Of a DNA stretch of 64,000 nt, positions 18,150 through 26,952 are shown piece after piece. Each line of letters opens with the position of its first letter. Within the stretch, counting starts at the first letter, position 1. The stretch is taken from the NCBI GenBank assembly GCA_016699835.1, contig CP064987.1, forward strand, positions 1,776,876 through 1,840,875. The letters are read 5' to 3'. The stretch comes from Phycisphaerales bacterium. Lineage in GTDB: Bacteria > Planctomycetota > Phycisphaerae > Phycisphaerales > UBA1924. The notes beneath the pieces are model-generated. The model did no database searches. It saw nothing but the letters and a program-made list of their open reading frames with translations, and was not told the DNA's origin. Made by a program: the position numbers and the translations under genes.

Positions 18150-18695
18150 ATGTCCCTCCTCTCCCGAATCTTCTCGCGACATTCCACCCCACCGCCCTCG
18201 CCGCGCCCGTCTCTCCCACCCACCGACACCGATCGCGCCATGATGGCCCGCGCCCTCACCCTCGCCCGCCACGCCGCGGCCCAGGGCGAGGTCCCCGTCG
18301 GCGCCATCCTCTACCAAACCTCAACATCCACCATCCTCGCCGAAGGCTTCAACCAGCGCGAAATGGACCATGATCCCTCCGCCCACGCCGAGCATCTCGC
18401 CATCGTCGCCGCCGCCAAAGCACAGCACGACTGGCGCCTCGAGGACACCACCCTCGTCGTCACCCTCGAGCCCTGCGCCATGTGCGCCGGCCTCATCGTC
18501 AACGCCCGCATCCCGCGCCTCGTCTTCGGCACGCGCGACCCCAAGGCCGGCATGGTCCGGTCCCTCGCCACCCTCTGCGACGACCCGCGCCTCAATCACC
18601 GCGCCGCCATCATCGAGGGCGTCATGCAGGACGAGTGCGCCAAAGTCCTCAGCGACTTCTTCCGCGCCCTTCGTGCCCGTCCACGATCGTCCTGA
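18150..18695 (+). CDS. tadA: tRNA adenosine(34) deaminase
   Basis: The CDA zinc motifs HAEHLAI and TLEPCAMCAG are present. Confidence 0.85.
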   Translation: MSLLSRIFSRHSTPPPSPRPSLPPTDTDRAMMARALTLARHAAAQGEVPVGAILYQTSTSTILAEGFNQREMDHDPSAHAEHLAIVAAAKAQHDWRLEDTTLVVTLEPCAMCAGLIVNARIPRLVFGTRDPKAGMVRSLATLCDDPRLNHRAAIIEGVMQDECAKVLSDFFRALRARPRSS

Positions 18696-20709
18696 ACAAG
18701 AACTTCGCCACCTCGCGCATGTACAACTCGCGATTGTCCAGTTTCGCGAACCCGTGCCCCTCATCGGGGAAGTACAACTCCACAGGCTCAAGCCCCCGAC
18801 GCCGCAGCCCCACCGCCAACTGCATCGCCTCGCCCACAGGCACCCGCGGATCGTTCAGACCGTGCGCGATCATCATCGGCACGTTGATCTTGTCGATCTT
18901 GTGGATCGACGACACCGACTCCAGAAACTCCGGATCAGAGAGCGGCCCATACTCCACCTCCCGCAACTTCCGCCGATACCCGCTCGTCTGCTCCAAGAAC
19001 GTCTTCAGGTTCACGATCCCCACCACGTCGATCCCCGCGCCGAACAACCGCTCCTTCCGCTCCCCCCGATCGACCGCCAACTGATCCTCAACGACGCACG
19101 CCACACTCATGAACCCGCCATACGACCCGCCATACGTCGCGATCCGCCCGGCCTGGGCATACCCCTGATCCACCAGCCACTTCGCCGCCGCCACGCCATC
19201 ACGAACGCTGTCCCAGCGCCCCTTGTAATCGTCCATCATCAGGAACGCGCGCCCATACCCATCGCTCCCGCGCACGTTCGGCTGCATCACCCCGATCCCT
19301 TGCGACAGCAGATACTGGATCGTCGACGAGAACCCGGGCCGCGATTGCCCCTCCGGTCCGCCGTGATAGTTCACCACGAACGGAATCGGTGAACCCTTCT
19401 TCGCCCCCGCCGGCAGGAACACAAACGCCGGCACCTCCAACCCGTCAAAACTCGAGTACCGCACCAACTCCGCCAGCGGAAACTTTGAGAAGTCGATCCC
19501 CTGATCGTCCGATCGCGTCAACTCGCGCGCGGCACCAAGCACGCCATCCTCACCCACCGTCGCCATCGACGTCGTCCCCGGCGTGCGCGCGTTCGACAGC
19601 GACCAATACAAATCGCGCCCGCGGAACTTCACGCCAGAGACAACGCCCTTCTCCATCTCGGGCAGCCGAACCACCTCAAACCCAGGCAACCGATACACCG
19701 ACAACTCCCCATACCCATCCACATTCGCCACCACCGCCAGGAGCGACCGATCGTCGTTCATCGTCGCCTCGTCCACCTGACGCCCCGCCAGCGCGGGGAT
19801 CGCCAGCCGCAATGTTCCCGTGGCAAGATCGCGCACAAAGACCTGCTTGAGACCCTCCTCTGCGTCCGACGTCATCAGAACCTGCCGCTCACCCGGCATG
19901 TACCCGATCGGCTCCTGCGCCGCCGTCGGCGTCTTCTCGCCCACTTTGTCAGGCAGGATCGACAGGTCCCGCAACACCCCGCTCGCGACATCCAACTCCT
20001 GCACCACGCTGTGCGACGACGAGAAATACTGCATCACCAGCACCCGCGAACCATCGTCGCTCATGTCCGCCGCCACCCAGTACCCCGGCTTGCCGAGCAA
20101 CTTCGTCCTCGTCCCCGCCTTCGTTGCGTCGCCATCCACAAAGTCGTAGCGATACAAATAGAAGTCGTTCGCGCTCTCGTCGTTCGCCGAGTACAAAAAC
20201 CCGCTCGAGTCCTTCAGCCAGTGCATCGGCGTGAAGACGACCTTGTCCTGCTCCAGAATCGCCTTGACACTGGGCACGCGCCCGTCGCGATCCACCACGT
20301 ACACCTGCGTGTTCTCGTTCCCGCCCACCGCCGCCGACGCCAGCATCACCTTCCCGTCGGGCGACAGCGAGTAACTGCTCGCCCCGTCCGCAAAGTCCGT
20401 CAGTGCGATCAGTTTCGATCCCGGCCCTGCCGTCGATCGACCCTTTTCCCCCGCGACGCGATACACCTGGAACACGCCATTCGGCCAATCGCGCACATAC
20501 AGCGATCCATCCGCCCCCACCGTCGCCGCGCCCGGCGTCCGAATCCGTAAATACCGCGCAAGCAACTCCAGATCAGGCCCGCCAGCCGCCACCTCGGCCT
20601 CAACACCACGACCACCCGGCGCACCCGCCTCTCCCCACGAAACCGTTGGCGTCAAAGCGCCAGCCACCATCGCCAACACCAACGCGCCAACGCCCAGTGT
20701 CCGATTCAT
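18649..20709 (-). CDS. S9 family serine peptidase (prolyl oligopeptidase/dipeptidyl aminopeptidase-like), secreted
   Basis: The signal peptide begins MNRTLGVGALVLAMVAG. A beta-propeller-like N-terminal half is followed by GGSYGGFM and DEGHGF. AGGAG lies upstream. The gene overlaps the tadA 3' end convergently. Confidence 0.85.
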   Translation of the reverse strand: MNRTLGVGALVLAMVAGALTPTVSWGEAGAPGGRGVEAEVAAGGPDLELLARYLRIRTPGAATVGADGSLYVRDWPNGVFQVYRVAGEKGRSTAGPGSKLIALTDFADGASSYSLSPDGKVMLASAAVGGNENTQVYVVDRDGRVPSVKAILEQDKVVFTPMHWLKDSSGFLYSANDESANDFYLYRYDFVDGDATKAGTRTKLLGKPGYWVAADMSDDGSRVLVMQYFSSSHSVVQELDVASGVLRDLSILPDKVGEKTPTAAQEPIGYMPGERQVLMTSDAEEGLKQVFVRDLATGTLRLAIPALAGRQVDEATMNDDRSLLAVVANVDGYGELSVYRLPGFEVVRLPEMEKGVVSGVKFRGRDLYWSLSNARTPGTTSMATVGEDGVLGAARELTRSDDQGIDFSKFPLAELVRYSSFDGLEVPAFVFLPAGAKKGSPIPFVVNYHGGPEGQSRPGFSSTIQYLLSQGIGVMQPNVRGSDGYGRAFLMMDDYKGRWDSVRDGVAAAKWLVDQGYAQAGRIATYGGSYGGFMSVACVVEDQLAVDRGERKERLFGAGIDVVGIVNLKTFLEQTSGYRRKLREVEYGPLSDPEFLESVSSIHKIDKINVPMMIAHGLNDPRVPVGEAMQLAVGLRRRGLEPVELYFPDEGHGFAKLDNRELYMREVAKFLFRTIVDGHEGRGRSR

Positions 20710-20741
20710 GCTCCACTCCTTCGTTCTTTCGCGCCCGCGCG

Positions 20742-21014
20742 TCACCGCCACACGTTCGCCAGCACCAGGATCACAAACGCCACCACCAGCACCACGATCA
20801 CCGCGACGTGCCACCCCTTCGGCCCGCCGCGCCGATCCCGCGCCATCAGTGCGTGGCCGCACTTCCAGCACACCGCCACATCGTCATAGATCTCCGCCTG
20901 GCAACTCGGACACGAGCGCGTCACATCCCCGAACCGCTCCAGATCCGCCTCGGTCGGCCCGTCATCGATCTCCACCTGTCCGCGTCGTTTCGCCACGCGC
21001 CATCCTATTCTCAA
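20742..21014 (-). CDS. Small zinc-ribbon protein with a C-terminal TM helix
   Basis: CPSCQAEIYDDVAVCWKCG and WHVAVIVVLVVAFVILVLA are present. It lies 33 nt upstream of the S9 peptidase gene on the same strand. Confidence 0.5.
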   Translation of the reverse strand: MRIGWRVAKRRGQVEIDDGPTEADLERFGDVTRSCPSCQAEIYDDVAVCWKCGHALMARDRRGGPKGWHVAVIVVLVVAFVILVLANVWR

Positions 21015-21017
21015 ACC

Positions 21018-21416
21018 GTGTCACACGTGCTCCCCGCCATCCTCGTCGGCCTCGGCGGCGGCACCGGCGCCATCGCGCGATACCTCGTCGGACTCGCCTC
21101 CCTCAAACTCCTGGGCGACCGATTCCCCTTCGCCACGCTCTTCGTGAATGTCCTCGGCTGCCTCCTCATCGGCGCCCTCATCTCCGCCTGGACCGGAGGC
21201 ACAGGCGAGGCCCGCTCGCCTCACGAGCACGTCAGACTCCTCCTCGTCACCGGGCTCCTCGGCGGGTTCACCACCTTCTCCGCCTTCGGCCTCGAGACCT
21301 TCACCCTCTACAAACAACACCATCTCGCCCTCGCCGCGCTCAACATCATGCTCAACATCGTCCTCGGTATCGCCGCCGTCGCCCTCGGCATCAAACTCGG
21401 CCGAACCGTCGCCTGA
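21018..21416 (+). CDS. crcB: Fluoride ion channel CrcB/FluC
   Basis: Translation VSHVLPAILVGLGGGTGAIARY...TLFVNVLGCLLIG...GLLGGFTTFSAF. The start is GTG at 21018 or 21027. Confidence 0.8.
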   Translation: MSHVLPAILVGLGGGTGAIARYLVGLASLKLLGDRFPFATLFVNVLGCLLIGALISAWTGGTGEARSPHEHVRLLLVTGLLGGFTTFSAFGLETFTLYKQHHLALAALNIMLNIVLGIAAVALGIKLGRTVA

Positions 21417-21434
21417 ACACCCCACGAGAAGCCC

Positions 21435-22466
21435 ATGCGATACCGCCCCATCCCCCGCACCTCTCTCAAACTCTCCGAGATCGGCTTCGGCTGTTGGACC
21501 ATGGGCGGACCCAACTGGTCAGTCTCCAACGGCCAGCCCATCGGCTGGGCCGACGTCAAGGAAGACGACATCCTCCAGGGCATCAAGACCGGCATCGACG
21601 CCGGCGTCAACCACTGGGACAACGCCGACATCTATGGCAACGGCAAGGCCGAAAGACTCCTCGCCCAGTCCCTCCACAAACTCGGCATCAAACGCGACAC
21701 CCAGATCCTCGCCACCAAAGTCGGCCACTTCAAAGGCACCGCCCCCTACGCCTACGAACCACAGCACATCCGCCACCAGTGCGAGCAGTCACTCAAAAAC
21801 CTCCAGACCGACCACGTCGATCTCTACTACTTCCACCATGGCACGTTCACAGGCCCCGACTACAACAACCAGACCCACGATTACCTCCACGAAGCGGCAG
21901 ACACCATGCACGCCCTCGTCAAGGAAGGCAAGGTCGTCGCCATAGGCCAATCCGCCTACACCGACGAAGACTTCGAGCGCGTCGTCCCCGTCCTCAGGCC
22001 CCACATCCTCCAGAACAAGGCCAACCTCCGCTACGACGACTTCCTCCGCCCGGGCTCACGTCTCCAATCCCTCATGAAGACCCACGTCTGCGCCTTCGTC
22101 GCCTTCGGCCCCCTCGACCAGGGAATCCTCCTCGACAAGTTCGATCCCGCCAATCCCCCCAAGTTCGACGAAGGCGACTATCGCGCCAATCGAAAGGACT
22201 TCAACCCCAACACTCTCTGGGCCGTCCGCGAGAAACTCGCCAAGGCCCTCGCCCACTTCAATAAGGACAAACTCACCGCCGAGGACCGCGTCCGCGCCCT
22301 CGCCTCCATCGCACAGCGTTGGCTCCTCGCTCACGATCACGTCTGCTCCGTCATCCCCGGCTTCCGCAACGCACGACAAGCCGCCTGCAACGTCGCTGCC
22401 GCAAACGACACACCGATGTCCACCAACGACGTCGCCTGGCTCCGCGACCTCTTCAAACCCGTGTAA
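21435..22466 (+). CDS. Aldo/keto reductase
   Basis: Translation LSEIGFGCW...NHWDNADIYGNGKAERLL...DLYYFHH has the AKR signature. Confidence 0.85.
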   Translation: MRYRPIPRTSLKLSEIGFGCWTMGGPNWSVSNGQPIGWADVKEDDILQGIKTGIDAGVNHWDNADIYGNGKAERLLAQSLHKLGIKRDTQILATKVGHFKGTAPYAYEPQHIRHQCEQSLKNLQTDHVDLYYFHHGTFTGPDYNNQTHDYLHEAADTMHALVKEGKVVAIGQSAYTDEDFERVVPVLRPHILQNKANLRYDDFLRPGSRLQSLMKTHVCAFVAFGPLDQGILLDKFDPANPPKFDEGDYRANRKDFNPNTLWAVREKLAKALAHFNKDKLTAEDRVRALASIAQRWLLAHDHVCSVIPGFRNARQAACNVAAANDTPMSTNDVAWLRDLFKPV

Positions 22467-22659
22467 CAACCGCAATGTGTGATCTCACACGCTGACGCGC
22501 GCCCCCGCGCCGTCACGCATGCATCCTTGACCGATCCACACGCCGGATCGGCCACACGCCACGACGGAGTCCTTGGCACTCCCGCATCGCCCGCGTGCAC
22601 GCGAGCCTTGTCCCAACCACCACCACCCCGTTTCACCCCACGCGCCAAGGAGGCACGCC

Positions 22660-23142
22660 ATGCTGTCCCCACGCCCACATCACCGCAAAGCACTCACCCT
22701 CCTCGAACTCCTCGTCGCCGTCGCCACCATGGCCCTCCTCACCGGCATCTCCGCCCCGGCCCTCTCCGGCGCCTGGCGCGTCACCAAACGCACCGCCTGT
22801 GCCGCCAACCTCCGCTCCATCGCCCTCGCCACGGTCGCCCTCGCCGATCAGCAACGCCAACTCCCCTTCGCCCCAGTCGGCACGCCCATCAACGACATCT
22901 CCACCAACCCCAGACTGTGGACGTGCCCCACAGACCACCTCGACCCGGCCAAAAACGAGACCTCCTACCTCTACGCCGTCGGCGACGGCCTGCCACGAGA
23001 CCCCGCCGCCGCCATCCCCCTCCTCCGCCGCGAATACCACTTCCTCGCCGCAAACCCGACATTGGGCCTCTTCAAGGAACGCGAGCACCCCAAGTTCCAC
23101 GCCCTCAACGTTGGTTTCGATGCCGTCGTCCGATCCCAATAA
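22660..23142 (+). CDS. Prepilin-type N-terminal cleavage/methylation domain protein (short, H-X9-DG-like)
   Basis: AAGGAGG precedes the ATG. KALTLLELLVAVATMALLTGI is pseudopilin-like. The C-terminus has HALNVGFDAVV. Confidence 0.7.
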   Translation: MLSPRPHHRKALTLLELLVAVATMALLTGISAPALSGAWRVTKRTACAANLRSIALATVALADQQRQLPFAPVGTPINDISTNPRLWTCPTDHLDPAKNETSYLYAVGDGLPRDPAAAIPLLRREYHFLAANPTLGLFKEREHPKFHALNVGFDAVVRSQ

Positions 23143-23256
23143 ACGCGCAACTATCTACAAAATAGCGATTTATAATATTGTTGTACCAAACCAACTCGTC
23201 AAGTCAACTTGATAAGGGATAAAATGATCGTCATATCTCTTTTCAAGGAGAACTCG

Positions 23257-24216
23257 ATGAGTCGTTCAACCCTTCTCGCCGCCATCGCGGCACTCGCCCT
23301 TGTCCCCACCGCCTTCGCCCAGGAAGTCGCCACAACCCCCACCAAGGCCCATTTCGCCCTCGGCGATCAATCCTGGTTCGGCGAGGACGACCCAAACTCC
23401 GAAGGCTTCATCACCGGCCTCCGCGGCTTCAGCCACTTCTACGAGCCCATCGGCAATCCCATCTACTTCGAATCCCCCTTCAACTACACCGGCGCCCGAT
23501 TCATCTACCTCCACCACTCCTTCGCCGATGACAGCCAACTCGCCGGCGGCGAACTCAGCGTTTACGCACTCCAACTCCGACTCGCCATCAACGAACGCCT
23601 CGGCTTCATCGCCACCAAGGACGGCTACAGCGACCTCAAGGCCGACGCCCTCCCCAACGACAAGGGTTGGAACGACCTCGCCGCAGGACTCAAGTACGTC
23701 TTCTACGTCGATCGCGAGAACGACACCGTCGCCACCGCCGGATTCCGATACATGGTCGACTCCGGCGATGAGGAAGTCCTCCAGGGCGGCGTCGGTGAGT
23801 TCAGCCCCTTCATCTCCGCCGCCATGGGCTTCGATGAACTCCACCTCATCGGCTCCGCCTCACTCCGCGTCCCCATGGACAGCGACGACGGCAACACCAT
23901 CTTCCAGTGGAGTTTCCACGCCGACTACGAGGTCAGCCCCGAGTCCATGCCCGGATTTGCCCCCGTCTTCGAACTCCATGGCCTCCACTACCTCGACGAC
24001 GGCGCCCGCACGCCCCTCTCCGTCGGCGGCCTCGACTACACCAACCTCGGCTCCACCGACGTCGCCGGATCCACCGTCATCTGGGCCGGACTCGGCGCCC
24101 GCTACAAACTCAACCCCAACATGCAACTCGGCCTCGACTACGAACTCCCCCTCACCAACCGCAACGCCGACATCTTCGGCGATCGCATCACCTTCGATCT
24201 CCACATCATGTACTGA
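23257..24216 (+). CDS. Outer-membrane beta-barrel protein candidate
   Basis: AAGGAG lies upstream. The signal peptide is MSRSTLLAAIAALALVPTAFAQE. Alternating beta-strand patterns occur, and the protein ends in an aromatic residue (...DLHIMY). Confidence 0.65.
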   Translation: MSRSTLLAAIAALALVPTAFAQEVATTPTKAHFALGDQSWFGEDDPNSEGFITGLRGFSHFYEPIGNPIYFESPFNYTGARFIYLHHSFADDSQLAGGELSVYALQLRLAINERLGFIATKDGYSDLKADALPNDKGWNDLAAGLKYVFYVDRENDTVATAGFRYMVDSGDEEVLQGGVGEFSPFISAAMGFDELHLIGSASLRVPMDSDDGNTIFQWSFHADYEVSPESMPGFAPVFELHGLHYLDDGARTPLSVGGLDYTNLGSTDVAGSTVIWAGLGARYKLNPNMQLGLDYELPLTNRNADIFGDRITFDLHIMY

Positions 24217-24296
24217 TCCGAACGCTCCCGCTAGGGGCTGCGAAACTCCGTAAGCGAGCGATACGAGCACTCGATTCCACAATCATTTCACGCCCA

Positions 24297-24323
24297 GGGG
24301 CAGGCCACTCGCCTGCCCCTTTT
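24297..24323 (+). terminator. Rho-independent terminator (GGGGCAGGC-CACTC-GCCTGCCCC-TTTT)
   Basis: A 9-bp stem and T-run lie 80 nt after the stop at 24216. Confidence 0.7.
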
Positions 24324-24436
24324 CTCTTCACCCCGCAGTCACGATCAACAACAACTTTGGCACGACGCACATTGTCGATCCTGCACGGACTCCTTGACTC
24401 ACCAAATCCCGGAGAACGACCGCCCCATCCACCCTC

Positions 24437-24745
24437 TCAGGAAAGAGGGCGCTGCCGCCCATGCCTAAAGGCGACAATCTCAACGGCATGCTCGATATCG
24501 TCGATGCGATAGAAAATCGCATCGTCGCCATGGTTGACGCGCCGCACCTCATGCCCCTTCGCCAACGACACCGCATCCGCAACAGGAAAGCGATGTGGTA
24601 TCTCGCCCAACGAATGGACCACGCCAAGCAGACTCTCAAACCACGCCCCAATCCGATCGGGGGAAACACCCGCGTGCAAGAAGTAGACAATCTGCGCATC
24701 GATCGCACCAAGCACTTCGGGCGAGATTGCGACGCGATACGTCAT
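24437..24745 (-). CDS. Type II toxin, RelE/ParE family
   Basis: The product is about 100 aa. It reads MTYRVAISPEVLGAIDAQIVYF...YRIDDIEHAVEIVAFRHGRQ. Its start overlaps the antitoxin stop as ATGA. Confidence 0.8.
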   Translation of the reverse strand: MTYRVAISPEVLGAIDAQIVYFLHAGVSPDRIGAWFESLLGVVHSLGEIPHRFPVADAVSLAKGHEVRRVNHGDDAIFYRIDDIEHAVEIVAFRHGRQRPLS

Positions 24746-25035
24746 GACGTGATGTTCAGGCCATGCTTCTTCGCAAGTTCGAGCAACGCCCCACGCGCCT
24801 CAACTCCCTTACCCGCCCTGAACTCGGCCTCGCTCAGACCGATCATCGCCAGAGTCTCACCAAGGTCGGCACGATCGGCCAACTCGTCAAAGGCCTTCGC
24901 GCTCAGCACCACCGCCTCCGCCACCCCATCGCTCGTCACATACAAAAGCCGGCCCGTCTCCTTCACATGGTTCAGGTGATCCCGAAGATTCTGCCGCAAC
25001 TCCGTGAAGTTCGTGATGTCGCTCGTCCGAGTCAT
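24742..25035 (-). CDS. Type II antitoxin, Phd/YefM-like
   Basis: Translation MTRTSDITNFTELRQNLRDHLNHVKETGRLLYVTSDGVAEAVVLS. I trimmed the start to Met25 of the ORF. Confidence 0.75.
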   Translation of the reverse strand: MTRTSDITNFTELRQNLRDHLNHVKETGRLLYVTSDGVAEAVVLSAKAFDELADRADLGETLAMIGLSEAEFRAGKGVEARGALLELAKKHGLNITS

Positions 25036-25054
25036 ACAACTCCAATCGTCACGA

Positions 25055-25090
25055 TGTACAACAAACTGTATGTACAATATCCTGTACAGT
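25055..25090. promoter_or_regulatory. Operator candidate: three TGTACA palindromes inside an ACTGTA-N14-TACAGT inverted repeat
   Basis: TGTACA occurs at 25055, 25071 and 25083, all 20-55 nt upstream of the antitoxin start in AT-rich DNA. Confidence 0.5.
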
Positions 25091-25199
25091 TCGATCTTTG
25101 TCAACAACGTGTTGTTTTATCGGACGTAATGGATGTGGGGTGGGGAGGAACCGCCCGAATCCCGGCCCCACCACGCGCCTTCACCCGACTTCCGCACAC

Positions 25200-26726
25200 T
25201 CACTCCACCATCGACGCCGGCGGCGGGGTCTCATCCCCGATCCGCTCGCGTTTCACTTTGTCATCCTCCGACTCCAGCGACAACAGGCACATCTCCTCGT
25301 TGATCCGCGCCTGCAGATGCACCGGCCGCCCCCAGAGTCGCCGCAGGTGCCGCAGCACCTCGCTCGCCTTCTGCCCCTCCACCTCCAGCCCGCTGAACTT
25401 GTTCGCCAGGTACAACTCCCCGCGGTTCAGATAGTTCGCGTCCACCACATACACCATCGGCTGCCCCATGTTCGTCAGGTGGTGCAACAGCGTCATCTTC
25501 ACGCGCTTGAAATCCCGCGACACCACCTTCACCTCGCCCGTGTTCGGGTCCATCCGGTGCTGGTACATCTTGTGCCGCTCGACAAACTCCTCCGTCAGAA
25601 ACTCATCAATGAACGAGACGTCGTTGTAGATCCGGCGCACCTCAAAGATCTTCTCCCGCCCCATCATGCTCCGGTCGTCGTGCTTCTCCCGCGCCCCCAT
25701 GCTCTCCAGGCTCTCCCACCGTGGGCCGTGCTGACCCTTGTCCCACCTTCGCTCGATGTCCTTGAAGATCTCCAGCCCGATCTTGTACGGATTGAACCCG
25801 CCCGGCGGCATGTGCACCACGCCCGAGTGCTGATCCGCATAGTGCACGATCTCCTTCGATTCGAGAAAGTGCCGCGTCATCAACTTGCTGTGCCAATACG
25901 TCGCCCACCCCTCGTTCATCACCTTCGTCATCCCCTGCGGCGCGTAGTAGTACGCCTCATCGCGCACGATCGACAGCACATCCTGCTGCCACTCCTCGAG
26001 AGGCGCGTGCCGCAGCAGAAACAGCAGCACATCCCGCGTCGCCCGCCTCGGGAATCGCCCCCGCTCGCTCCGCCGCGCCTCCTCGTGCTCCTCACGCTGC
26101 CGCGCCATCTCCTCCCGCGGATTGATGTACCGGTCCATGTAGTCCTTCGCCGGCAGACGCTGGGGCGAGAACTCCTCATTCGCGCCATCGCCACCCTCCC
26201 TCGCCACAAACATCGAGTGCGGATCGATCAGGTGCTCCAGAGACAAGCACGAATCAATGAACCGCTCCACCCGCTCCTGACCCTGCCGCTCGATGTGCCG
26301 ACGAACCCGCGTCGCGTGGTTCGCCATCTGGTCCATCATTTTCCGGTCCGTCTTGCTGAACCACAGATTGTTCTTGAAGAAGTCCGCGTGCCCGTACACG
26401 TGCGCCATCACCAGTTTCTGATCCGTGACGCTGTTGCTCTCCTGCAGATACGCGTAGCACGGGTCGTTGTTGATCACCATCTCATAGATGCGCCCAAGCC
26501 CATACGCGTCGCGCTTGCTCAGCCGCTCATACTCCATCCCCCACCGCCAGTGCGGATACCGCACCGGAAAACCCCCATACGCCGCGATCTGGTTCATCGT
26601 CTCGAAGTCCAGAACCTCGAAGACGACCTCATAGAAGTCCAGCCCGTACTCGATCGCCTTGGCCTTGATGGCCTTCATGTGCTCGAGCAACTCAGGCGAC
26701 AGATCCGTGTTCGGCAGCCCCGTCAT
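25200..26726 (-). CDS. SpoVR/YcgB family protein
   Basis: Translation ...LDFYEVVFEVLDFETMNQIAAYGGFPVRYPHWRWGMEYE...VMAHVYGHADFFKNN. I trimmed the start to Met128 of the ORF. Confidence 0.85.
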   Translation of the reverse strand: MTGLPNTDLSPELLEHMKAIKAKAIEYGLDFYEVVFEVLDFETMNQIAAYGGFPVRYPHWRWGMEYERLSKRDAYGLGRIYEMVINNDPCYAYLQESNSVTDQKLVMAHVYGHADFFKNNLWFSKTDRKMMDQMANHATRVRRHIERQGQERVERFIDSCLSLEHLIDPHSMFVAREGGDGANEEFSPQRLPAKDYMDRYINPREEMARQREEHEEARRSERGRFPRRATRDVLLFLLRHAPLEEWQQDVLSIVRDEAYYYAPQGMTKVMNEGWATYWHSKLMTRHFLESKEIVHYADQHSGVVHMPPGGFNPYKIGLEIFKDIERRWDKGQHGPRWESLESMGAREKHDDRSMMGREKIFEVRRIYNDVSFIDEFLTEEFVERHKMYQHRMDPNTGEVKVVSRDFKRVKMTLLHHLTNMGQPMVYVVDANYLNRGELYLANKFSGLEVEGQKASEVLRHLRRLWGRPVHLQARINEEMCLLSLESEDDKVKRERIGDETPPPASMVE

Positions 26727-26952
26727 ACCACACTTATCGGCCGCACACCCCCTCCGGTTCGCCCCAATCTCATCGCCATAACCACAACTTCCTCGCCGCC
26801 CCCGCCCGTGATCCACACAAACGTCCCGTCCACCCACCCGGGGCGGGACATCTCCTAAACCAATCCGCCAGCGTGTCCGATTCCCTCCGCGCCTCGTTCC
26901 ACAGCCGAAGAGGCCAGCCGTTCCCCGTCTCCAAGATTGGACACGCTCACCC

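Noticed and set aside
20950-21020. Fluoride riboswitch expected upstream of crcB
   Set aside because: Only 3 nt separate crcB from the divergent zinc-ribbon ORF, and I could not recognise the crcB-motif conserved segments.
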